This document shows, piece after piece, positions 1-12,100 of a DNA stretch of 64,000 bases. A model generated the notes under the pieces. It saw nothing but the letters and a program-made list of their open reading frames with translations, ran no database searches and was not told where the DNA came from. Origin of the DNA: Isurus oxyrinchus (taxonomy: Eukaryota); assembly GCA_026770705.1 (NCBI GenBank), contig JANJGN010000026.1:34968001-35032000 (forward strand), written 5' to 3'. Within the stretch, counting starts at the first letter, position 1; each line of letters opens with the position of its first letter. A program made the translations under genes and the position numbers.

Positions 1-439
1 ATAAAGGGAAGGGAATAATTGTGAATGAGGAATGAGAAAATCTACTTATTTACACATGGAATTCAAACTACTGGGGAATTATAAGCTACAATTACATCAC
101 ATCCATAATTATCTCGCACATTTCAAACAGAGAAACGGAAATACCGTCCATGACTGTCTTAGCTACAAATTCTGAAACATGAACTGAAGGTGTTTCATTT
201 TTAGATTCACTGAGAGGACATATTTTAAATTCATAATACAGAAATCTCAATAAAGAGCTGAGGAAAATCTACGGTGTCCAAAATTCAACTGGTCACTTGA
301 TCTGCAAAAGAGGATAAAATAGTGAAGCAGATGTTTAGAATGTGGGACATTTATGTTAGTGTCTTAATCAATGAAACATTGACAGATTTTTCAAACTGCT
401 TCTGTCAGTTTGAAGTGTGAGTGGATTGAATCTTCTCAC

Positions 440-567
440 CTTCACCAGAGTGACGGCAGTGCTGTAGAAAATGCTCAGGAAGAACAGGATGATGAATGTG
501 GAAGCGGTTGTCCAGATGTTGCCGTTATCATCCTCAGAGTCTTCAATCCAGGTGTGGTCTGTGGAAT
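440..567 (-). CDS. IGHM: IgM heavy chain transmembrane exon TM1
   Basis: tag|...|gtgag bounded 128-nt exon. Translates (D)STDHTWIEDSEDDNGNIWTTASTFIILFFLSIFYSTAVTLVK, carrying the antigen-receptor TM motif. Phase matches the internal Cmu4 donor at 3465/3464. TM2 not found in window. Confidence 0.95.
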
Positions 568-1119
568 CTACGGGGATATAACGGAGCGGATAGAATTAGA
601 TTGTTTATTAATCGAGGATATCTTTTAAAAAATATTCTCTTTACTCTTTCCTAAGTTATTAATGTATTCTCTAATTTAATGTTCAATGTATATCTACTTT
701 TAAGCTCGTGAATTTCAGCAACCTATCTCTGTAACTATCTCCACAGCTGTTCTTCCTTTACAATCCTCATACAGTCCGAGTCGCAAAATATGGAAAATTA
801 TCTCCAGTATCAGTTTATTTTCGAACAATTTTGTACGATCTATTATTGGAGAATGTTATGATGGATAGCGAGAGAGATTCACTGAGCAACCTATTTCGAA
901 ACTGTGGACGTTGCTTTTTAAAATCTCGGCCGTGATTTCCCATCTTGTTTCTTTATTTGTTTTGGAAATGTTTGGTGCGTCATTAACTTAAATCAGTTTC
1001 TCAGTAAGAACATTGTTTCAGTGTGCTTTTTGCATCATTTTGTAAGAGGGACAATTTCCGGAGGATAAGTCGGTTAAAAAAGTACATTTGAGTTATACTT
1101 TCTTCAATAGCCTGGCGTT

Positions 1120-2056
1120 TGTGTCATGCTTTAGCTTTTGTGTATGTGTGCATGAGTATATCTTGCCTTTCATCACTCTTTGTTTCTGTGTCCATATGTG
1201 TGTATGAGTATTGACGTGTGTTTATTTGCCAATGAGTGCTGACTTGTGCATTTTTGTGTTTGCGTCTGCATGTATATTTTGTTTTTTTGTCAATATGTAT
1301 ATATGAGTGTGTTATTGTGTGTGTTTATGCATTGATATCTAGGTTTATTTATTACTATCTGTGTTAATACGTGTTTATGCGTTCTTGTCTGCTAATATGA
1401 GAGTTAATGTTTCTTTTTGTGTTCCACGTATGTGTCAGCATATTAATGTCTGTGTCACAGCGTGTGTGTGTGTGAGTGTGTGTGTGTGCGTGCGAACGTG
1501 TGTGAGAGAGAGTTTTTTATGTGTGCATTTGTGTGTTGATGGATATTTAGAACTATGTATCAATGTGTGTTTATGTTTTCGTACATATTAACGTGTGTTT
1601 TTTGTGTTCTCCTGTGTATAAGCATGTTTCATGTTTGTGTCTACATGTGTGCCTGTGAATGTGTTAGTCTCTTCCTCTATCTGTTTGTCTGTCTGGTTGT
1701 CGTCTGCTCATGTGTGTGCATGTGTCCATGTGTATCGATGCACTTGTTTTAATCTGAATGATAGTGTGTGTCTTTTTGTCTGTATTTCTGTCATTATGAA
1801 TGTGTGATTATGCATATTTGTGTCCTTATATGAGTCTGCTTGTCTGGTTTTATCTGTTTGTGTGTGCGTGATTGTGTATGTGTGTGTGTGTGTGTATGTG
1901 TGCATGCGCGTGCGTGTATTTGTGTGTGTGTGCAATTGTGTATGTGTGTTCCTGTGCCTGCATTTGTGTGTGTATTTGTGTTTGTGTGTGATTGTGTGCA
2001 TGTGTGATTGTGTGTGTGTGTTTGTCTGTTTGGCTGTGTTTGTGTGTGTGTCTGTG

Positions 2057-2091
<35 letters not shown>

Positions 2092-2210
2092 CTATGTGTG
2101 TGTGTGTGTGTGTGTGTGTCTGCCTGTACTGTGTGTGTTTGTGTCTGCGTGTCTATGCGTATGTGTGTATGTATGTTTGTGTGCGTTCATTTGTGTCCCT
2201 TGTGTGCATT
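1120..2210. repeat. Degenerate (TG)n microsatellite tract
   Basis: TG-dinucleotide-rich sequence; source of the V/C-rich spurious ORFs. Confidence 0.9.
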
Positions 2211-2799
2211 TTTACTATTTTTCCGAGGTTCATCGGGTCCCAACGATCGAGTCTGTCCCTGATAGTGAAAATTATATTTTCAATGTTCTGTATAAACGTG
2301 TTTTCTGTGAGATGCAAGGTGATATCAGGTGAACGAATGCAAACAATCAACCATCTGCCTCATAAAATTCAGGGGCAGAACCGTAAACAACTCAGGGAAG
2401 ATTTAATAACGAGTTTAGATTCGGATGATGGAAAATCAATCTTAGCATAAGATTAACAGGAACAAGAGTGTTAAAACTTCTTAAAATTATGTTGCATAAA
2501 ATTATATTTTACAACATTTCAAGCATGATGGGACTTTAAAACTTGTGACCAGTAAGCTAGAAGCCGATTTCTGCTGTTGGTAACTGAATCCTTACAGTAG
2601 AGACCTGTTCCTTTCCAGATTCTCTGCTCGGGGACTGAGAGTCCAGTGAGTTAATAGTTTTGCTCCGTCTGGTTGGCTAAGCAATTTCCTTTTCGGCTCT
2701 CTGTGCTGAGAAGGTGGAGACACACTGGGTTTACCTATGATCTTCCTCGTCTTTTTGTTTAGCGAGTGGAGGTAAAATTGGCTAAAAATTTTCCTTTCA

Positions 2800-2975
2800 C
2801 TTTTCTCTGTTGGGAAAGTGGGGTACAGTGGGTTAACAATTTCTCCTCCCCCTCTCTCTGTTGGGGAAGTGGGGGTACAGTGGGTTAACAATTTCCCTTC
2901 CCCCTCTCTCTGTTGGGGAAGTGGGGGTACAGTGGGTTAAAGATTTTCCTTCCCCCTCTCTCTGATGGGGGATTG
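2800..2975. repeat. ~52-bp tandem repeat (about 3 copies)
   Basis: Repeated CCCCTCTCTCTGTTGGGGAAGTGGGGGTACAGTGGGTTAACAATTT. Confidence 0.8.
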
Positions 2976-3360
2976 TTGGGACATGTTTCTGTGTGACCCT
3001 CACTTCAATTCCCAGTGGGTGTGATGCAGCAACTTAAAGCTGGCATCCACTTTAAAGGAATGGACAATAAGAGAAGCAGGAACACTGAGATCTCAATGTG
3101 TTGAGTTTGTTTGCGAGAAATGGGAATGGTCAGAATTCTCCTCAGTGGGAGGTGATGTTATTTTGCAGAACCCCGTAATGAATGAGCTTTACTCTGTCTC
3201 TAACCCAGGGTGCATCTGAGCTGGGAGCACTGGAAGTACAAGTCTTGGTTCTGAGCCCTGGAAATTTCCGATTTTAACTGAATAGGTCTAACATTAGCAA
3301 AAGTGGAAAATAACATTAATTAAGGAACGGTGCATTTAAATCACGATTGGAGAAAAGGAC

Positions 3361-3375
3361 TTTATTTTTTTTATT
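3361..3375 (-). terminator. Polyadenylation signals for secreted IgM
   Basis: Two AATAAA on - strand (tttatt at 3361-3366 and 3370-3375), about 30-40 nt after the secretory stop. Confidence 0.8.
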
Positions 3376-3402
3376 GAAGTTTGAAATGTAACCAAGAGAC
3401 TC

Positions 3403-3794
3403 TCATTGACATGAATTAACGGTGTCCATCAGTGCAAGAGAAATATTCACAAAACTCGGTTTACCGCTGGATTTATCAACCGTTCTGTTGATGATCTTCA
3501 AGGGGATCGCTTCATGTCCCACCACACAGGAGTAAGAAGCGCCGCTGGCCCACTCCTCCGCTGCAATGGATAACAGGCTGTACATGAAGAAGGAGCGATT
3601 GCCGTTCTCCGCCACCACCTCGGTGTTTTTGTAGTTTCCGGGATTCACCGGCTTGTCATTGACGGTCCACTTGACGAAGATCTCTCGGGGGGAGAAACCT
3701 CTCACTAAGCAGCTGAGGGAGACGAACCTCTGAGCAGAGACATCTTCTGCCGAGGGCAGGAGGACAGACACGGATGGTTCCTGCGGATTTTTGT
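3403..3794 (-). CDS. IGHM: IgM Cmu4 exon plus secretory tailpiece
   Basis: cag acceptor. C1 domain ...[17 protein letters not shown]...[11 protein letters not shown]... followed by shark mu tail [20 protein letters not shown] (N-glycan site, penultimate Cys). Internal G|GTAAA membrane donor at 3465/3464. Confidence 0.97.
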
Positions 3795-3924
3795 CTGCAG
3801 AAAATGTACAATAAATGTCAATAAACTGGATAATTTCGGAGACAATGAAACCACTGGTTAGGGTGAGGGAAGTGTTTTTGAGTTGAATATTAAAGGTTGA
3901 CATTATCCGCTTCGAGGAAATATA

Positions 3925-4110
3925 TCGCCATTCCTTTACTGTCACTGAGGCAAAATCCTGGACCTCCCTCCCTGACAACACTGTGCATGTACCTACACCA
4001 CAGGGATTGCAGCGATTCAAGAAGTCAGCACACCACCACCTTCTCAAGGGCAATTAGGGATGGGCAATAAACTCTGGCCCAGCCAGCGATGCACACTTCC
4101 CATTAATTAA
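3925..4110 (+). mobile_element. Elasmobranch SINE/LINE 3' tail (HE1/HER1-like)
   Basis: CTTCTCAAGGGCAATTAGGGATGGGCAATAAA...A-rich tail; same tail recurs near 13.3, 20.35 and 24.3 kb. Confidence 0.7.
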
Positions 4111-4501
4111 TAAATAAAACTCTTTGGGATCTGATCGGTTTTCCAGCTCGGAGCAGAGGTGGATACAATCCTTTTCCTTGAGAACTTATGGGGTTGGACT
4201 AGAAAGTTTCTCAAAGATTACAGCACAGAACAGGCCATTCGTCCCAACTGGTCTGTGTTGGTGTTTAAGCTCCACACCAGGCTCCTCCCAACTTTCTTCA
4301 TCGAAATCCAAAAGCACAGCCTTCAATTCATTCCTCATTCATCTACTTATCAATTTCCTCCTTGAAGTCTGCAGGCCCAGAGAGTTTAGCTAGTGGAATT
4401 GCCAATCCGGGTAGACCATGAACATACTGAATAGTAAATATTGACCCTTACACTGGAAATAGACACAATGACTCACTTATTGTTTCAATGTCACCGCTCA
4501 C

Positions 4502-4810
4502 CTTGTTCCTTGTGGATGGAACTCCTTAAAGGAGTCGGCAGATCCTGACTGCTCACCACGCAGTAGAACTCAGCCCCACTCAGCCAGGCTTGTGTCGAGA
4601 TGTTTACGTTGCTGACCACGCTGCCGGGATGCTCTCCCGGTTGGACAGCAATCTCTGATTTCAAAGGCTTCTTTTCTTGGGTCCAGGACACGAGTACTGG
4701 TTGATGAGCATCAGAAACGATGCAGGTTAAGGTCACCGTCGCTTCCAGCAAGACCTGTTCTATTGGCGGTGGCAGTAGAGTAATTGTGGCATCTCTGCAG
4801 TTGGAACATT
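4502..4810 (-). CDS. IGHM: IgM Cmu3 exon
   Basis: 309 nt, ag/gtgag, phase 1. (E)[32 protein letters not shown]...VSW...[22 protein letters not shown]. Confidence 0.96.
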
Positions 4811-5161
4811 CTGTGAGACAGAAATGAAAATCAACCAAAGTTTCACCATGAGAATCAGGACAGCAGTATTCAGTTTTCACTCTCCAAAGGACATTCGACA
4901 TATCAACCTCTAACTATCGTCTGTAATCGTCTTTACACAATGCAAAACCAGCTTGGTCTGTGTAAATTGTTCTCATAATTTCAGTCGTTTAGCCCTGGAA
5001 ACATTCTAGCGAACCTGTGTTGCCCCAGTCCCAATACAAATACACCATTCCCGGCCCTGGTATGCAGTACTGAATGCCGCTTTATGAATAGGTTGGATGC
5101 ACTTTCCAGCACTTTATTCCGAAGCTATTACCAGTTACTTTAATGGGTTTGTATCTCTTAC

Positions 5162-5449
5162 CAGACTCGGTGGTGTTTCGACTTAGGGTGACACCTTGAT
5201 GAGTGACCTGACAGGTATAGACCGCGCCGGTGAACAATTCCCCAGCGGAGACTTTCAGCCGACTGGTCGCCGAGAAGTTCCCGTTCATTTCAAAGGCGGG
5301 AGAGGTGACAATTCCTGAATTCATGGGTTGTCCATTCTTCAGCCAATTCACGGTGATTGGCTTTGGACGGAAATCGATGACTGAACAGACTACGGTATCT
5401 TCCTGGCAACTTACGGTTAGGATAACAGCTGGAGGTTGGAAGTCAGTAC
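5162..5449 (-). CDS. IGHM: IgM Cmu2 exon
   Basis: 288 nt, aag/gtaag, phase 1. [39 protein letters not shown]...YTCQVTHQG. Confidence 0.94.
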
Positions 5450-5662
5450 CTTCAAAAAACACAGGTGAAACATTTCTTGCAGAAGAAATTGATAACAGAT
5501 ACAATGATGTCCCATATTTTAACAGGCTTTTTCCGTTAACAGACACTAACCTGGATTTTTCAGGGATCAAAACTATGCAGAGAGCTATAAATGCGTTACA
5601 ACCAAGGCCCTATATAGGTTAGTCACAGCCTTTCTGTTTCTCACAGGTTCCCCAACACTTAC

Positions 5663-5959
5663 ATGGCATTCTAATGCTCTTGTCTGAGCCGCTGTGTCGA
5701 ACCTCACAGTTGATATCGCATCCCCCCTCTGACTCGGTGATGGTTAACTGGCTGCTCAGGGTGAAGGTTCCCTTTTGGTTTCTCACTGACGGGTAAGTCT
5801 TAAATCCAGTGGTGATCTGCTGCCCATCTTTCTTCCAGATCAGGCTGGTGATTTCCGGGGAGTAGTCCATCGCCAAACAGCCGTAGGTGATGGAGCCGTC
5901 GGTGTTTTGTTGCTGACAGGAGGAGACCAGGCTGTAGAGAATGGGCGAAGATGGTGTCG
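5663..5959 (-). CDS. IGHM: IgM Cmu1 exon
   Basis: 297 nt, cag/gtaagt. (A)[45 protein letters not shown]...[16 protein letters not shown], including the probable light-chain-bonding Cys. Confidence 0.96.
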
Positions 5960-6334
5960 CTGGGAAAGAATGGCCGATTGAACAAGTTAGACTCTGTGAT
6001 TTGTGATCAAAAGTAACCAAACAACTCAAAAATTGACGATTAGTATAAACATATCCAAACATATTCCAACTAAAACCCACACCCACATTTGATCATTTAT
6101 TATTTCCATCATTTGGTGACCCTCACCTGTCGGTTCCCTCTTTCGAAACCCACACCTCTTTTTCTGCTTCCATCCAATTTCTGGAAGCCCCCTCCCCTCT
6201 CCACGTCCCCCAAAACAAAGAATAGCAACGGCCCTTCGAAAGTACCTTTGTAATGGTACCTATATAATGACCACAGGACTAAATTGAATACCAGAAATAG
6301 TAGGTACGACATTTTCCAATCGTATGTACATGTG

Positions 6335-7910
6335 AACATGCGGATTAGCAGCAGGAGTAGGCCATTCGGCCTCTGGGGCCTCCTCCACCATTCAATACGA
6401 TCACAGCTGATCTGATTATGGCATTAACTCCACGTTCCCGCCTACTCTCCACTAACCTTTGACTCCCTTGTCAATGAAGAATCTCTCTACCTCTGCCTTG
6501 AAATGTTAATGACTCATCCTCCATCGCTCCCTGGGGAAGACAGTTCCAAAGTTTCACGACCCTTTGAGAGAAAAATAAAATCTCCTCATTTCCTTCTGAA
6601 ACGGGAGACCTCTTATTTTAAACTGTTCCCTATCGTTAGTCTCTCCCCAAGGGGAAACATCCTTTCAGCATCCATCCTGTGAATTCTCCTCAGGATCTTA
6701 TATGTTTCAATAAAATCAGCTCTCATTCTTCTAAACTCTGATGGATACAGGCCCAGCCTATCGAAACTTCCCTCATGAGAGATCCGATGACACCTCCCAG
6801 TATCATTTGAACGAACATTCTCTGAACAGCTTCTAATGCTTTTATATCCTTTCTTAAAGAAGACCAAATCTGTACACAGTAATTCAGACAAGGTCTCATC
6901 AACGCCCTATTAAACTATAGCAAAACATCTTTACTTTTATATTCTATTCCCCTTGTAATAAATGACAACACTCTCTTTGCCTTCCTCATCACTTGCTGTT
7001 CCTGCATTATAACTTTTTGTGATTCATGCACCAAGGGATCCACATTCCTCTGTACCTCAGGGTTCTGCAATCTCTCTCCCTTTCAATAATATGCTGCTTT
7101 TGTATTCTTCCTGCCAAAGTGAACAAGTTAATATTTTGCCACATTATACTCCATCTGTCATTTTTTTGCCCACTCACTGAACCTATCGATATCCTTTTGC
7201 TGACCCTTTATCTCCTCTTCACCATTTACTTTCCTATCTGTGTTTGTGTCATCAGCAAATTTAGCAAATTCATTCAGCCCTTTCATTTAAGTCATTAATA
7301 TAAATTGTAAATAGTTGAGGCCGCAGAATTGATCCCTGTGGCACTCCACTTGTCACATTTGCCAACCTAAAATAACCAATTTATCTCTGCTTTCTGTTTC
7401 CTGTTAGCTAACCAAACATCTACCCATGCCTAAAATGTTACTGCTGACACTATTATTTTGTGCAGTAATCTTTGATGTGCCACTTTGTCAAATGCCTTCT
7501 GGAAACCCAAATATAGCACACCCACAGGTTCTCCTTTATTCATGTTCCTTGTTACTTCCTCTAGAGGCCTCAAAGAAGTCAGCCAAACATGATTTCCCTT
7601 TCACAAAATCATGACTGGTTTGCATAATTGCATTTGAATTTTCTAAGTGAATTTTCTAGATTGCTTAATAATCAATTCCAGCATTTTTGCTCGGACAGAT
7701 GTTAAGCTAACTGGCCTGCAGGTTCTTGCTTTCCCTTTCCCTCCTTTATTTAATATAAAAGCCTCATTCTCTATTTTCCAATCGATGAGACCTTTCCAGA
7801 ATCTAGGGAAGTTTGGAAAATTAAAACCAATGCCTCTGCTATTTTAGTAACCACCTCATTAAGGCCAAAATATTTATCCAACTTCTCTGCCCATTTCCTT
7901 GTTTGCCATT
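6335..7910 (-). mobile_element. CR1-type LINE, 5'-truncated and decayed
   Basis: RT C-terminal fragment RLGLYPSEFRRMRADFIETYKIL, typical 3' UTR, many stops. Confidence 0.85.
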
Positions 7911-8283
7911 ATTACGGGCTTTTCCAATCCATGTCACGTGGCTGGACTGTGGCCCCCCCCAAAGCCCCTCTATATGGCTCCCGGAGCCGTTGTTCAAAAT
8001 GCTGGTAAGGCTGGTAAGTAGAATTGAAGATTTCTGTAAGGAGCTGCTCCTCCAATCAAAGCCTGGTCTTCTACCCTGTTAGCTGTTGCTAGGCTGACTA
8101 GCGGATCAGCAGTAAAAGTGGAAACAAACAGGTTGTGATTGGAGGGGCAGCGAACACCCGCTGGAGAAAGGTGCAGGGAGCCAGGGGGGAAGCGCACAGA
8201 GACATTGTCTCCCTTCTATCCCAGGCACTGAGTGCCTTTCCCCGGGAATGGGAAGGATTTCAGGAGGGGGAGGGACATTGAAG

Positions 8284-8316
<33 letters not shown>

Positions 8317-8349
8317 TGGGGCCCAGGGCATCTGGTTCCTCCGCACGCA

Positions 8350-10010
8350 ATTGCTTTTGCCCGGCTCTCCCCGCTATAAACCGGCTCTCAGCCCATTCTC
8401 CCCTCTGCGTCTCCACTCTCCTGCCTCCCTGCCCTTCCCCCTCCCGCCTCTCTGTCATTCCCCCTCCCACCTCTCTGCCCTTTCCCCCTCCCACCTCTCT
8501 GAACATCCCACCCCCTGCTTCTCTGCATCGGCGCTCTGCCCTTCCCCACCCACCGCTTTGCCCTTCATTCCCGCCTCTCTGCCCTTTCCCACTCCTGCCT
8601 CTGTGCCCATTCCTCCTCCTCTCTTCCCTTTCCCTCCTGCCTCTCTACCCTTTTCCCCCCTTGCATCTGTGCCCTCTCCCTCCTCCTCTCTGTCCTTCCC
8701 CCGCCACCTCCCTGCCCATTCCCACTCCCGCCTCTCTGCCCTATACACCCGCTGCCTCTCTGCTCTTTCCCCCTCCTGCCTCTCTGTCCTTACCTCCTGC
8801 CTCTCTGCTCTTTATCCATCACCTCTCTGCCCTTTCTCCCCCAGCTCTCTACGCGCACTCCACTGCTCTCTGTGCTTTCTTCTGGCTCTCTGACCTTTTC
8901 CACTGGTTCTTTGCCCATTCTCCCAGCTTGCTGCCCTTTCCCCCCTCTGCCTTTCTGCTCTTTCGCCTCCCTGCCCTTTCCCCCACCCGCCGCCTGCCAT
9001 TCCCCCCCCCACCTATGTGCTCTTTCTCCCTCCCGCCTCTCTGCCCTTACCCCCCGCCTCTCTGCCCTTACACCCTACCTCTCTGCTCTTACTCTCCGCC
9101 TCTCTGTCCTTACCCCCTCGCCTCTCTGCCATTTTCCCAGCTCACTGCCCTTTCCATTGACTCTTTGCCCTTTCCATCACCTCTCTGCCCTTCCCCCCGC
9201 CTCTCTGTCCTCCCCACCTCTGCCTCTCTGTCCTGCCTCCTCTCTGCCCTTTCCCCTTCCCACCTCTCTGCCCTTTCCCTCTACCACCTTGCTGCCCTTT
9301 CCCCTCGTTACTCTGCCCACGCCACCCCCCCTGTTTCTCTGCCCTGTCACCCCTCCACCTCTCTGCCCTCCCGCCTCTCTGCCCTTTCCCCCTCCCACCT
9401 CTTTGACTTTACCCCCCACTTCTCTGCCTTTTCTCGTCCAGCTCTCTGCCTTAATGCAGGACTCCCTGTGCTTTCGCCCAGCTCTCTGACCTTTCCCACT
9501 TGCTCTCTGCCCGGTCCCTGGATCACTGATCTTTCTGTCGCCTATCTGCCCTTTCCGTCACCACTCTGCCCGTCCCACCACCCCCTGCTTCTCTGCCCTC
9601 CCATCTCTCTGCCCTTTCCTCCACTCGCCTCTCTGCCCTTTCCCACCCGCCTCTCTGTCCTTTTTCCCCCTGCCTCTCTGCCCTTTCCCCCACCCCCACC
9701 TCTATGCCCTTTCCCCCTACCGCCGTTCTCCCCTCTCTCCTCTCTGCCCTTTCCCCCCCTCCTGTCTGCTCATTCCAGCATCTCTCTGCCCTTCCTCCTC
9801 CCCTGCCTCTCTGCCCTATCACTGGCTCACTGACCTTTCCCCCTGCTCGCTGACCTTTGCCCCATCCCACTGCACTTTCCACTGGATCCCTGCCCTTTTC
9901 CCCGGCCCTCTACCCTTCCCCCCCAACGCCCCCTCCCCTGGCTCTGTGCCATTTCCCCCCCTCCCTGCCCTTTCTCCCAGGCTCTCTGAGCTTTCCCCCG
10001 CCTCCCTGCC
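8350..10010. repeat. Polypyrimidine/polypurine minisatellite (G-rich on - strand) in J-C intron
   Basis: Dozens of ~20-25-nt units with core CCTCTCTGCCCTTTCCCC. Confidence 0.9.
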
Positions 10011-10139
10011 CTTTCTAATAAAGCTCATCGCTCCCTTCAGCAATGCTCCACTTTCCGGCACTGTTAGGCCTCAGGCCTCGCTTCCAGGTCTCTCTTCCCC
10101 GCAGTTCCTGCCTTCCCACACATCGATTTATGAAAAGTG

Positions 10140-10757
10140 ATCGAGTGAGTGAGCGTGTGCATGATTGACAAAGTGAGAGTGGCTGAGTGACAGAGTGAAG
10201 GCGGGTGGCTGGGTGAGTGAGGGTGTGTAGGTGAGTGAGGGTGGGTGGTGAGTGGGCGTGGGTGGATGTCTGAATGTGGGTGAGTGAGGGTGGGTGATTG
10301 AATGAGGGTAGACGAGTGGCTGAGTGAGGGTTGGTGGGTATGTGAGGGTAGGTATGTGAGTGAGGGTGAGTGGGTGTGTGAGGGCAGGTGGATGAGATAT
10401 TGAGTGTCGTGAAGGTAGGTGAGTGAGGATGGGAGGATGAGCGAGGGTGAATGAGTGAGGGTGAGTGAGCGAAGGTTAAAGTAATTGATGGTGAGTGAAT
10501 GAGGGTGAGTGAAGCTGGGTGAGTGGGTGAGGGTGAGTGAGGGTGGGTGAGGGTGTGAGATTGAGTACCGGTGAGTGAGTGAGGGTTGATGAGTGAGGGT
10601 GATTGAGTGAGTGTGAGTGAGGGTGAGTGAGTGTGAGTGAGGGTGAGTGACGGTGAGTGAGTGAGATTGAGTGAGGGTGAGTGATTGTGGGTAGTGAGTG
10701 TGAGTGAGTGTGAGTGAGGGTGAGTGAGTGAGGTGAGGGTGAGTGATTGTGGGTAAT
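10140..10757. repeat. (GAGT/GAGG)n simple repeat
   Basis: GTGAGTGAGG-type tandem units. Confidence 0.9.
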
Positions 10758-10931
10758 GAGGGTGCCCAGGTGCTTCAGGCTCATCAAGGCAATGTTTCTC
10801 CAGATGATTTTCTGCTCCGGCTCAGCTTTCCATTGCCTGTTGTCCACAGCCGAGCTGGGGGCTCCTCCATTCGGCTCCACTACCACCACCTCCTCCTCTT
10901 CCTCTCCATAGGTCCTGTCCTGATTCTCCAT
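10758..10931 (-). pseudogene. SCD5: Stearoyl-CoA desaturase (SCD5-like) first coding exon fragment
   Basis: MENQDRTYG...EQKIIWRNIALMSLKHLGTL matches the desaturase motif (I/V)WRN(I/V)xLMSLLHLG. The short N-terminus is more like SCD5 than SCD1. Truncated by microsatellite; no further exons seen. Confidence 0.7.
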
Positions 10932-11324
10932 ATTGATCAGCTTTCAGTAACACCGACTGTGTAAAGTCAGGCAGCAGTGTAGATCACTGGCCAGCTGCTT
11001 TAATGCTGATGCCTTTCTTTGAGAAACCCATGTCAGTGCGTGAATAGGCAGACTGAGGGGGCTGGAGGGGAAGGTTACAGCAAAACCAGGATGGGCCGTG
11101 CAGGCATCATGCACCAAGTGTGCACCAGTATTGGGGATCCAGGAGGCCATGGTCTCCGCCACACCCTCCCTTTTTCTTGTTTCTTTGTGTTTGCTTCAAC
11201 ACTTGGAAATTCTCCACAAAAATAGTGATGTCACCTGCGTAATTTCATTTTACACAAAAAGGCATCAGAAATGAAACAATGAACATGACTGCAGCTTAAC
11301 GGATCTTCTTTCTGAAATTAGCAT

Positions 11325-11502
11325 NNNNNNNNNNNNNNNNNNNNNNNNNNNNNNNNNNNNNNNNNNNNNNNNNNNNNNNNNNNNNNNNNNNNNNNNNNNN
11401 NNNNNNNNNNNNNNNNNNNNNNNNNNNNNNNNNNNNNNNNNNNNNNNNNNNNNNNNNNNNNNNNNNNNNNNNNNNNNNNNNNNNNNNNNNNNNNNNNNNN
11501 NN
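11325..11502. other. Assembly gap
   Basis: Run of N. Confidence 1.
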
Positions 11503-11504
11503 CA

Positions 11505-12100
11505 TAGGGAGTATAAGCGTGAGAGTGTCTGAGGGAGAGCGCATGTGTGAGAGAGAGTGAATGTGTTTGTGTGTGTGTGTGTGAGAGAGAGTGTAGGGGT
11601 GTGAGTGATATGCAGTATAAGTATATGAGAGAGTGTGTGTGTGGGAGAGAAAGAGTGTGTGAAAGAGAGAACCAGTGTGTGTGTCAGAGAGAGAGAGTGT
11701 GTGTGTGCATGAGAGAGAGAGAATGAGAGCGAGTATGTGTGTGAGAGGAACAGTGTGTGTGTGTGTGTGTGTGTGTTTGTGTGAGGGAATGTATTTGTGT
11801 TTCTGTGTGTGTCAGAGAGAGAGAATGAGGATGTGTGTGTGTGAGAGAGTGTTATGTGTCTGTGTGTGAGAGAGCGGGAGAACTGAGAGTGTGTATGTGT
11901 GTGTGGGAGAGAGGGTGCATGTATGTGAGATAGAGAGTGGCTGTGTGTAAAATAGAGAGTGTGCGCGTGTGTGTGTGTGTGTGAGAGAGAATGCATGTGC
12001 GAGAGTGCATGTGTGAGAAAGAAAGAGTGCATGTATGTGTTTGGGAGAAAGTGTGCACATGTGTGCGCAGTTGAGAGAGTATGTGTATGAGAGAATGTGA
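11505..12100. repeat. (TG)n/(GA)n mixed microsatellite
   Basis: TG and GA dinucleotide tracts. Confidence 0.9.

Noticed and set aside
1361-2450. Cys/Val- and His/Thr-rich ORFs
   Set aside because: Translations of TG/CA microsatellite; the same applies at 11.3-12.3 kb.
8232-9833. 533-aa Pro/Leu/Ser-rich ORF
   Set aside because: Stop-free only because the strand is polypyrimidine repeat; open in several frames.
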